A stretch of 64,000 nucleotides of DNA from an uncultured Alphaproteobacteria bacterium. Its GTDB lineage: Bacteria > Pseudomonadota > Alphaproteobacteria > HIMB59 > GCA-002718135. Position numbers and translations under genes: made by a program. Location: positions 132,336 through 196,335 of the forward strand of contig CACIXR010000002.1 of the NCBI GenBank assembly GCA_902590695.1, written 5' to 3'. Shown in pieces: positions 46,987 to 55,719 of this stretch (the first letter of the stretch is position 1; each line of letters begins with the position of its first letter). The notes under the pieces are model-generated. The model was not told the origin of the DNA, searched no databases, and worked only from the letters and a program-made list of their open reading frames with translations.

Positions 46987-48140
46987 TGGAAATACAAAAT
47001 ATAAATTGGAATTATCCAACAAATATGTGGTTTGGTTTGAATAGAATTAAAGAAATTCAAAAAGCATGTGATAATTTAAATATTAAAAATCCTTTGATAG
47101 TTACTGACCCAGGCATTCTTCAAACTGATATAATTAATAAAATTAATAGCTCCCTTAATCAAAAAGCAAATATATTTAGTAAAGTAAAATCAAATCCTAC
47201 AAGTCAAAATGTAGAGGAGGGAGTTAAACAATTTAACCACAATAATCACGATGGAGTAATAGCTGTAGGGGGTGGCTCTGGTATGGATACAGGAAAAGGT
47301 ATCGCTTTTATGTCTAAACAAGAAAGACCATTATGGGATTTTGAAGATATTGGTGATTGGTGGACAAGAGCAATTAGTGATGCGATATTTCCTATTATTG
47401 CTGTTCCGACAACAGCAGGAACAGGCTCAGAGACTGGAAGAGCATCAGTTTTTACTAATGAAAAAACAAAAGAAAAAAAAATAATTTTCCATCCAAAAAT
47501 GCTGCCTTCTATAGTTATACTTGATCCTGATTTAACAATACCATTACCTTCATCATTAACAGCATATACTGGTATGGATGCTTTGGCCCATTGTTTTGAA
47601 GCTTATTCATCTAATAATTTTCATCCTCTTTCTCAAGGAATAGCTTTAGAAGGGATAAAGATGATCAAGGATAATTTAATTCTAGCCTATAAAGATGGAA
47701 AAAATATAAAAGCTCGAGCTAATATGCTTGCAACATCTTCTATGGGCTCAATAGCTTTTCAAAAGGGTTTAGGTGCTATCCATTCTTTAAGTCATCCTGT
47801 TGGTGCAATTTATAATACACATCATGGATTAACCAATGCAGTATTTATGCCTTATGTTTTACAATATAATAAAAAAGGAATTGAAGAAAAAATTATTGAT
47901 ATTTCAAGATATATAAATTTAAAATCAGCAACATTTAACAATTTTATGGATTGGATTCTAGAGCTTAGATCTAATTTAAATATTCCTCATACTTTAAGTG
48001 AAATAATTGATGATGACAAAAATTTAGAAAAAATGAGTTTAATGGCTTTTAATGATCCATCAACAAGTACAAATCCTATACCAGTTAACGCAGAAGATTT
48101 TTTAAAAATGTATATTAACGCCTTTAAAGGTGATTTATAA
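46986..48140 (+). CDS. Iron-containing (group III) alcohol dehydrogenase
   Basis: 384 aa. GGGSGMDTGKGIAF, VPTTAGTGSE and HSLSHPVGAIYNTHHG. Coupled (TAATG) to the upstream ALDH. Confidence 0.9.
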   Translation: MEIQNINWNYPTNMWFGLNRIKEIQKACDNLNIKNPLIVTDPGILQTDIINKINSSLNQKANIFSKVKSNPTSQNVEEGVKQFNHNNHDGVIAVGGGSGMDTGKGIAFMSKQERPLWDFEDIGDWWTRAISDAIFPIIAVPTTAGTGSETGRASVFTNEKTKEKKIIFHPKMLPSIVILDPDLTIPLPSSLTAYTGMDALAHCFEAYSSNNFHPLSQGIALEGIKMIKDNLILAYKDGKNIKARANMLATSSMGSIAFQKGLGAIHSLSHPVGAIYNTHHGLTNAVFMPYVLQYNKKGIEEKIIDISRYINLKSATFNNFMDWILELRSNLNIPHTLSEIIDDDKNLEKMSLMAFNDPSTSTNPIPVNAEDFLKMYINAFKGDL

Positions 48141-48142
48141 AT

Positions 48143-49645
48143 TTATAGCGTTGCTCCAATTATCCAAGGATTAAATTCATCATCACCATAATCATTTATT
48201 TCACTCTTTGATTTTTCACCAGATGCAACTGAAATTATTTTTTCAAATATTTCTTTGCCAACTTCATTAACGCTTGCAACGTTATCCATAATAGTACCAG
48301 CATTGATGTCCATATCTTCACTAAGTTTATTATACATATTTGTATTTGTTGCTATTTTAATACTTGGAGTGGGTTTAAATCCAAAGCACGAACCTCGACC
48401 AGTAGTAAAACAAATAACATTAGCGCCAGAAGCAACTTGACCAGTTACTGAAACAGGATCATAACCTGGAGAATTCATAAAGTTAAAACCTTTGGTTTTA
48501 ACCTGTTCAGCATAATCGAGAACATCAACCATCTTTCTATTTCCAGCTTTCGATACTGCGCCTAATGATTTTTCCAGAATTGTAGTTAAACCTCCTTTTT
48601 TATTACCAGGACTTGGATTATTATCTAATGTGCTATCGTTGCTAGCAACATATTTTTTCCACCATTCAATTTGTTTATTTAGTTTTTCTATATTTTTTTC
48701 GTTTGATGATTTTTCAAATAATAAATGTTCTGCTCCATATATTTCTGGAGTCTCTGATAGTAATGTTGTTCCACCATGATCAATAATTATATCTGAAGCA
48801 AAGCCTAGCGCAGGATTTGCAGTTATCCCAGAATACGAATCTGAACCACCACATTGCAAAGCAACTGTTAGTTCTGAAATGGGTATATTTGTTCTAGAAA
48901 TACTATTAATTTCATTTAGTTGATTAATAATTTTTGAAGTTACTTTCGTTATTATTTCATTTGTTCCACCTTCATCTTGAATATTCAAATATTCAATATT
49001 TCTTTTTTCCTGATCATTATTATACAAACTTATTTGGGCACATTCGCATCCAAGTCCAATAACAAAAACTTTTCCAAAATTAGGATGAATTTTAAAACCT
49101 TCAATAGTTCTGTTAAATACATTCATGGCATATCCAGAAGTATTCATCCCACAACCTGATGAATGTTTTAAACAAACTGCCCCATCAATGTTATTAAAAT
49201 TATTATTTTTTAAATAATTATTTACTTTATCAGATATTTTTTTAACAACTGTTGCTGAACAATTAACTGTACTAATTAAACCTATATAATTCCTAGTACC
49301 TGATGATCCATTATTCCTTTTAAAGCCTTTAAAGTATTCTGTTTTTTCACTTTTATTAATATCATTTCTAATATCTTTACGGACATATTCTCTTTTGAAT
49401 TCACTATATCCCATATTATGGGAATGTACATGTTCACCAGGTTCTATATTTTTATTAGAGATTCCTATTATCTGACCATACTTAAAAATAAAATCACCAC
49501 TTTTAATTTTTTTTAAAGAAATTTTATGGCCATAAGGAATATTATTTATAGATTTAATTCCATAATTTATATTAATATTCTGAGGAATATCCATTGGGGC
49601 AATTCCAATATTATCTTTTTCATTTAATTTGATTATGTTAAACAT
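48143..49645 (-). CDS. UxaA-family hydro-lyase (altronate/galactarate dehydratase-like)
   Basis: 500 aa. N-terminal SAF-like domain with GHKISLKKIKSGD and EHVHSHNM, plus a large C-terminal UxaA-type domain. Confidence 0.85.
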   Translation of the reverse strand: MFNIIKLNEKDNIGIAPMDIPQNININYGIKSINNIPYGHKISLKKIKSGDFIFKYGQIIGISNKNIEPGEHVHSHNMGYSEFKREYVRKDIRNDINKSEKTEYFKGFKRNNGSSGTRNYIGLISTVNCSATVVKKISDKVNNYLKNNNFNNIDGAVCLKHSSGCGMNTSGYAMNVFNRTIEGFKIHPNFGKVFVIGLGCECAQISLYNNDQEKRNIEYLNIQDEGGTNEIITKVTSKIINQLNEINSISRTNIPISELTVALQCGGSDSYSGITANPALGFASDIIIDHGGTTLLSETPEIYGAEHLLFEKSSNEKNIEKLNKQIEWWKKYVASNDSTLDNNPSPGNKKGGLTTILEKSLGAVSKAGNRKMVDVLDYAEQVKTKGFNFMNSPGYDPVSVTGQVASGANVICFTTGRGSCFGFKPTPSIKIATNTNMYNKLSEDMDINAGTIMDNVASVNEVGKEIFEKIISVASGEKSKSEINDYGDDEFNPWIIGATL

Positions 49646-49673
49646 AACTTAGATTAATATATCATAAATAATC

Positions 49674-50444
49674 ATGAACGAAATCGCAACTTATCCATCA
49701 CTAAAAGATAGAGTAGTGCTTATTACAGGGGGCGCCTCAGGAATTGGGGAAAGTATTGTCGAACAATTTGCTTCTCAAAAATCAAAAGTTGCATTTTTAG
49801 ATATAAATGATGAGTTAGGTAACGAGTTATCAAAAAAAATTAAAAACAAATATGATATTGATAGTCTATTTGTAAAATGTGATTTAAAAAATATAGAACA
49901 ACTTAAAAGTTCATTAGAACAAGTAAAAAAAGAAATTGGGCCAATTTCAATTCTGGTAAATAATGCAGCAAATGATGAGAGACATGATCTAGATAGTGTC
50001 ACCCCTGAATATTGGGATGATAGAATGAATATTAATTTAAGACATTATTTTTTTGCAACTCAAGCTGTCTATAAAGACATGAAGGATTTAGGCAAAGGTT
50101 CTGTTGTAAATATAGGTAGTTTTTCATGGATGATTTCTCAAGGCGGTATGCCTGGATATACCACTGCAAAATCTGCGATTATGGGTTTAACAAGAACTTT
50201 AGCAAGAGATTTAGGTGTCTATAACATCAGAGTAAATTGTATTGTTCCTGGCTGGATCATTACGGAGAGGCAAAAAAAATTATGGCTTACTCCAGAAATT
50301 AAAAAAACTCAACTTGAGAGACAATGTATTAAGAGAATGCTTATGCCTGAAGATATATCAAAGCCAGTTTTGTTTTTTGCATCAGATCAAAGTTCTGGTT
50401 GTACCGCACAAAATTATGTAATTGATGGTGGCATAGTTAATTAA
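49674..50444 (+). CDS. Short-chain dehydrogenase/reductase
   Basis: 256 aa. ITGGASGIGES, NNAA and YTTAKSA motifs. Confidence 0.85.
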   Translation: MNEIATYPSLKDRVVLITGGASGIGESIVEQFASQKSKVAFLDINDELGNELSKKIKNKYDIDSLFVKCDLKNIEQLKSSLEQVKKEIGPISILVNNAANDERHDLDSVTPEYWDDRMNINLRHYFFATQAVYKDMKDLGKGSVVNIGSFSWMISQGGMPGYTTAKSAIMGLTRTLARDLGVYNIRVNCIVPGWIITERQKKLWLTPEIKKTQLERQCIKRMLMPEDISKPVLFFASDQSSGCTAQNYVIDGGIVN

Positions 50445-51631
50445 TGAAAAAAAAATCCAAAATTGCTTTTGGTAGATTAGACTTACTTAGAAATGATACT
50501 TTAAATAATAAAAATAAAATTAGAATTGGTTTTATTGGTGGAGGTCCTAATTCATTTATTGGATACACACATAGGTTATCAGCAAGATTTGATAATAAAT
50601 TTGAATTTGTTGCTGGAATATTTTCAAAGGATAAAAAAAAATCTAAATCTTTTGGTTCTTCATTAGGATTAGCTGATGATCGTTGTTACAGTGATTATAA
50701 GTCTATGGCATCCGCTGAGTCAAAAAGAAACGATGGTATTCAAGCGCTTGGAATAATGACTCCATCGGGTGATCATTATAAGATAGCAAAAGCATTTGTT
50801 GAAAAAGGAATACATATTATTTGTGACAAGCCATTAACGGCAACAGTTGAGGATGCTGTTAAATTAAAAAAAGTAATTTTAAAAAATAAAATTGTATTTG
50901 CATTAACACACAATTACTCAAGCTATCCAATGCTACGAGAGGCAAAAAATATTGTTTCAAATCATAAATTAGGAAAAATCAATTTAATAAATGTTGAGTA
51001 CCCCCAAGGTTATACAGTTGGAGTAAAAAAGAAAGATGAAAAAAGAACATTAAAATGGAGACTAGATAAAAAACAATCTGGGCCCTCAATGATTTTATCT
51101 GAAATTGGAACTCACGCGTATCATTTGTTGAGATATGTGACTGGATTAGAAGCAAATGAAATATCGGCAGAAGTAAATTCATTATCCTCAGAAATTTCTG
51201 TTGATGATAATGCTTTTGTATTATTAAGAATGCGAAATAAGGCAAGAGGTATAATCTGGGTATCGTCTGCTGCTACTGGTGGAGAAAATGGTCTAAAAAT
51301 TAGAGTGTATGGAACAAAAGGTTCAATAGAATGGTTACAGGATGATCCAAATAATCTAAAGTTTACAGAACTAGATAAACCAATGAAAGTTATAACAAGA
51401 GCAAGTAAATTAGTATCTAAATTTTCACTATCATCTTCAAGAATTGCTGCCGGTCACCCAGAAGGTTTTTTTGAAGCTTTTGCAAATATTTATTCAGAAT
51501 TTGCTGATCAGATTCATAATAAAAATAAAAAATATTCATTTCCAACAATTGATGATGGTGTAGCTGGTATTAAATTTATTTATGCAGCAAAAAAATCTTC
51601 TAGTTTAAATTCAAAGTGGATAAAAATCTAA
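50444..51631 (+). CDS. Gfo/Idh/MocA-family oxidoreductase
   Basis: 395 aa. IGFIGGGPNSFIG Rossmann motif and CDKPL. Overlaps the upstream stop by 1 nt. Confidence 0.8.
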   Translation: MKKKSKIAFGRLDLLRNDTLNNKNKIRIGFIGGGPNSFIGYTHRLSARFDNKFEFVAGIFSKDKKKSKSFGSSLGLADDRCYSDYKSMASAESKRNDGIQALGIMTPSGDHYKIAKAFVEKGIHIICDKPLTATVEDAVKLKKVILKNKIVFALTHNYSSYPMLREAKNIVSNHKLGKINLINVEYPQGYTVGVKKKDEKRTLKWRLDKKQSGPSMILSEIGTHAYHLLRYVTGLEANEISAEVNSLSSEISVDDNAFVLLRMRNKARGIIWVSSAATGGENGLKIRVYGTKGSIEWLQDDPNNLKFTELDKPMKVITRASKLVSKFSLSSSRIAAGHPEGFFEAFANIYSEFADQIHNKNKKYSFPTIDDGVAGIKFIYAAKKSSSLNSKWIKI

Positions 51632-51632
51632 A

Positions 51633-52634
51633 ATGATTAATTTTAGCTTATTAGGAACAGGAAGAATTGGGAAATTACATGCTTCAATCATAAATAATCA
51701 TCCAGAAGCGAGTCTCAAATATGTTTATGACATTGATACAAGCTCTGCTAAAAAAATTGCAAAAAAATATAGTTGTGAAGTTGCAAAGACTGCAAAGGAA
51801 GCAATTTCTTCAGATCAAATAAATGCTATTTTAATTGCTTCTGCCACCCCGACTCATACAGATTATATTTCTCTAGGAGCAGAATGTAATAAAGCTATAT
51901 TATGTGAAAAGCCAATTGATTTAGATATAAATAAAGTAAATAAATGTTGGCAAAAAATTAAAAAATATAAACCAACTATTCAAATTGGTTTTAATCGTAG
52001 ATTTGATCCTAATCATAATAAAGTACAAAGTGAGGTTCTATCAGGAAAGATTGGTAAAATTGAAATGATTGTAATCACAAGTAGAGACTCTTCTCCACCT
52101 GGTATTGATTATTTAAAACAATCGGGTGGAATTTTTAGAGATTGTTCAATACATGATTTTGATTTGGCACAATTTATTCTTAATAATGATCCAATTGTAG
52201 ATGTTTTTGCACAAGGTTCTGTAAATGTCTCAAATGATTTTAAGGTTACAAATGATTATGACACAACTATGTGTTTTATGAAATCAAAAAAAGGGGTTTT
52301 AGTTCATATAAATAATTCAAGAAGAGCCGTCTATGGTTATGATCAAAGACTCGAAGTATTTGGAAGTAATGGAATGTTAATTTCTGATAATGTTCCAAAT
52401 AATGATATTAATTACTATAATCAAAATTTATCATTTGCAAAAAAACCTATTAAAAATTTTTTTATCGAAAGATACAAAGATGCTTATCAAATACAATTAG
52501 ATCAATTTATTAAATCAATAAAAAATAAAAAAAATACATTAGTCACTTTTGAGGATGGAAAGAATGCTTTAATTCTTGCGAATTCAGCTACTAAATCAGT
52601 AAAATTAAATAAAGTTGTAAAACCAAAATTTTAG
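51633..52634 (+). CDS. Inositol 2-dehydrogenase-like Gfo/Idh/MocA oxidoreductase
   Basis: 333 aa. LLGTGRIGKLHA, CEKPI and GFNRRFDPNH resemble IolG/IdhA. Confidence 0.75.
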   Translation: MINFSLLGTGRIGKLHASIINNHPEASLKYVYDIDTSSAKKIAKKYSCEVAKTAKEAISSDQINAILIASATPTHTDYISLGAECNKAILCEKPIDLDINKVNKCWQKIKKYKPTIQIGFNRRFDPNHNKVQSEVLSGKIGKIEMIVITSRDSSPPGIDYLKQSGGIFRDCSIHDFDLAQFILNNDPIVDVFAQGSVNVSNDFKVTNDYDTTMCFMKSKKGVLVHINNSRRAVYGYDQRLEVFGSNGMLISDNVPNNDINYYNQNLSFAKKPIKNFFIERYKDAYQIQLDQFIKSIKNKKNTLVTFEDGKNALILANSATKSVKLNKVVKPKF

Positions 52635-52649
52635 TTATAGATAAATTCT

Positions 52650-53480
52650 ATGAATGAACAATTTAAAGATAAGGTCATTATAGTTACAGGTAGTACACAA
52701 GGTAGTGGTGCTGAAACAGCGAGATTATTAGCTAGCAGAGGTGCTAAAGCAATTACAATTTGTGGGAGACAAGAAAATAAAGGTTTTGAAGTTAAAAATC
52801 AGATTGAAAAATTAGGCACTGAGTGTTTGTATATAAAAGCAGACCTTAAAAATGTTGATGATTGCAAAAAAATTGTTTTGAAGACTGATAAAAAATTTGG
52901 AACAATAAATTCTTTAATTAATGTTGCAGGATACACAGAAAGAGGAACAATTCTAAGTGCTACTCTAGAAAATTATGAAAATAATTATAATATTAATACC
53001 CGTGCACCTTTCATATTAATGCAAGAGACAATTAAAATAATGATTAGAGATAAGAACAAAGGAACAATTGCAAATGTATTATCTATGGCAATGTATAGTG
53101 GTATGCCATTTATTGTTGCTTATAGTGGATCAAAAGCTGCTTTAGCTACAATGACAAAAAATATTGCAAATTCTGTCGCTAGTTATCAAATAAGAGTAAA
53201 CGCCTTAAATATTGGATGGACGGATACTCCTGCTGAACATGATATTCAAACAAGAGTTCATAAAAAAAATCCTAATTGGTTGCAAGATGAAGAAAAAAAA
53301 GTTCCTTTTAACAGATTGATTAAACCTATTGATGTAGCAAAGGGATTAGCTTTTATGTGCTCAGAAGAATCTGGATTAATGACAGGTAGTGTAATTGATT
53401 TTGATCAAACAGTACATGGCTGGCATTCTTATTCAGCATATGAAACTAGAGTTTTGGATGATTCTCTACTAGGAGAATAA
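52650..53480 (+). CDS. Short-chain dehydrogenase/reductase
   Basis: 276 aa. VTGSTQGSGAE and YSGSKAA motifs. Confidence 0.8.
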   Translation: MNEQFKDKVIIVTGSTQGSGAETARLLASRGAKAITICGRQENKGFEVKNQIEKLGTECLYIKADLKNVDDCKKIVLKTDKKFGTINSLINVAGYTERGTILSATLENYENNYNINTRAPFILMQETIKIMIRDKNKGTIANVLSMAMYSGMPFIVAYSGSKAALATMTKNIANSVASYQIRVNALNIGWTDTPAEHDIQTRVHKKNPNWLQDEEKKVPFNRLIKPIDVAKGLAFMCSEESGLMTGSVIDFDQTVHGWHSYSAYETRVLDDSLLGE

Positions 53481-53566
53481 TTAATCATTTATTTCTCAAC
53501 CATTTTTTAATTTTTAACTATATTTTATAATTTACACAAATTTAAATATTAATTAATAAATTAAAA

Positions 53567-54646
53567 ATGGGAAAAAAAATAATTTCTATTAATGAAGGAA
53601 AATTATCAGAGTTTAAACTTCATAGTATTTGGCTTCGTGAAAGATTAAATGGGAGTGAATTCGTAGACCAAAATAATCTACAACGTTTATATGAACCAAG
53701 CCTCTTAGATGATAATCTATTTATAAATTCTCATAATGTTAACGAAAATATATTAAATGTTGAATTTAGTGATGGAGTAAAAGGATCTTTTAATATCGAT
53801 GATCTTTATAATGAAATAAATAATATTGATGTCATACCTGAAAAAATAATATGGAATGTCAGTGAACAAAATTTAGAAATTTTTGATAATAATAAAATCT
53901 TTGAGAATAAAAAGGAACTTATCAATATGCTTAAAGTATTTTATCAATACGGTTATGTAATAATCGAAAATACAAAAGCAGAAGAAAATGAAGTTATAAA
54001 TTTTGCTGAAAAATTAGGCCCAGTTCGAGCAACAAATTTTGGAAAATTATTTAACGTTGTCTCTAAGCCAAATCCAAATGATCTTGCCTATACTGCATTA
54101 GAGTTAACTTCGCATTCAGATAACCCATATAGAAAGCCTGTTCCTGGAATTCAATTACTTCATTGTATTGCTAATGAATCTACAGGAGGAGACTCAAGTT
54201 TAGTTGATGGTTTTAGTGTTGCAAATTTTTTAAAACATAACCAACCTGAATTTTATAAAGTATTAACTGAAACTAATGTTACTTTTAAATTTACAGATAT
54301 TGATACTATTTTAATCGATGAAGCAAAATTAATTGAACTAGATCATAATAATAACTTTAGACAAATACGCTTTAGTGGAAGACTTGATTATGTTCCATTA
54401 TTAGAGGAAAATAATCTTGATCTCTTTTATAAGGCTAGAAAATATATGTTCAAACTTTGTAATTCTGATAATTTCAAAATTAAATTTAGATTATCTAAAG
54501 GAATGATTGCAATGTTTGATAACCTGAGATTATTACATGGAAGAACTAAATTTGATCCAAATTCTGGTTTTAGACATCTACAAGGATGTTATATTGATCA
54601 TGATGTCACTGAGGGTAAGCTTAGAAGGTTATTAAACCCTAATTGA
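53567..54646 (+). CDS. Fe(II)/2-oxoglutarate dioxygenase, gamma-butyrobetaine hydroxylase / TauD-TfdA-like
   Basis: 359 aa. Small N-terminal domain followed by the HxD motif SHSDNPY and the distal NLRLLHGRTKF. Confidence 0.7.
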   Translation: MGKKIISINEGKLSEFKLHSIWLRERLNGSEFVDQNNLQRLYEPSLLDDNLFINSHNVNENILNVEFSDGVKGSFNIDDLYNEINNIDVIPEKIIWNVSEQNLEIFDNNKIFENKKELINMLKVFYQYGYVIIENTKAEENEVINFAEKLGPVRATNFGKLFNVVSKPNPNDLAYTALELTSHSDNPYRKPVPGIQLLHCIANESTGGDSSLVDGFSVANFLKHNQPEFYKVLTETNVTFKFTDIDTILIDEAKLIELDHNNNFRQIRFSGRLDYVPLLEENNLDLFYKARKYMFKLCNSDNFKIKFRLSKGMIAMFDNLRLLHGRTKFDPNSGFRHLQGCYIDHDVTEGKLRRLLNPN

Positions 54647-55706
54647 CTTCGAAGATCTTTTCAGCAGGATAAAAATTTAATATTTTACTATACCAATTAC
54701 TAAAATTATTTCCTTCAATTAATGAAACTGTAAAACCACCAAATCCACCACCAGTCAATCTGGCGCCTAGAGCACCACATTCAACTGATCTCTGAACAAT
54801 TAAATCAACATCTAAAGTAGATGCTTCAAAATCTTTAGAATATGATACGTGACTTTCATTCATTAATTTTCCAAACTCCTGAATATTATTTTCTATTAAA
54901 TTTTTTTTCGCATTAATCACTCTATCATTTTCAAAAACTACGTGCTTTGCTCTTTTTGCTATAGTATTATTGTCAAATTTATTTGTTTGAAAATTTTCTT
55001 TTTTAACTTCACCTAAATATTCTACACCAAGTTTTTTCTCAGCCTCTTGGAGTTCAACAAATCTTTCATTATAAGAGCTATCTCTTAAATTACGTTGTAC
55101 TTCAGAGTCAATCAAACAAAATTTCCAATTTTCTGGAAAATTAATAAGTTCGTATTCTAAATTCTTACAATTCATAAAAAATGCTTTGCCATGAATACCA
55201 ATAGAAGAAACCATTTGATCCATTATTCCACCAGAAACACCTATATAGTTGAATTCTACTTTCTTTGCTAATTTTGCAATTTCTGGATCTTTGATTTTTG
55301 TTCCAAAAAAAGTATTAAGTGCTTTTAGTGTAGCAACACACAATGCTGAAGATGATGAAATACCTCTTTCTAAAGGTATATCAGATGAAATAAAAATGTT
55401 CAAAAATTTAGATGAAATCTTATTTTCATTAAAAAAAATATGTAAACAACCTTTTATATAATCAACCCACTCATTGCTGGTTGATTTCTTGAAATCATTG
55501 AATGTTTTTTTTTCTTCAAAATGTTGAGAATAAACTGTGAATTCATTAGAAATATTTTGAGATATCTCAATGTTATTTTTAAAATATAGAAGTGTAGGCA
55601 TGACATATCCACCAGTATAATCGGTATGTTCACCAATTAAATTTACTCTTGCATGAGCACTTTCCTTTACTTCTGCGTCTATATTAAATATATCTTTAAA
55701 ACTCAT
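54639..55706 (-). CDS. galK: Galactokinase-type GHMP kinase
   Basis: 355 aa. NLIGEHTDYTGG, GISSSSAL and RLTGGGFGG motifs. Overlaps the convergent gene by 8 nt. Confidence 0.8.
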   Translation of the reverse strand: MSFKDIFNIDAEVKESAHARVNLIGEHTDYTGGYVMPTLLYFKNNIEISQNISNEFTVYSQHFEEKKTFNDFKKSTSNEWVDYIKGCLHIFFNENKISSKFLNIFISSDIPLERGISSSSALCVATLKALNTFFGTKIKDPEIAKLAKKVEFNYIGVSGGIMDQMVSSIGIHGKAFFMNCKNLEYELINFPENWKFCLIDSEVQRNLRDSSYNERFVELQEAEKKLGVEYLGEVKKENFQTNKFDNNTIAKRAKHVVFENDRVINAKKNLIENNIQEFGKLMNESHVSYSKDFEASTLDVDLIVQRSVECGALGARLTGGGFGGFTVSLIEGNNFSNWYSKILNFYPAEKIFEVN

Positions 55707-55719
55707 ATAATTTCTAGTT

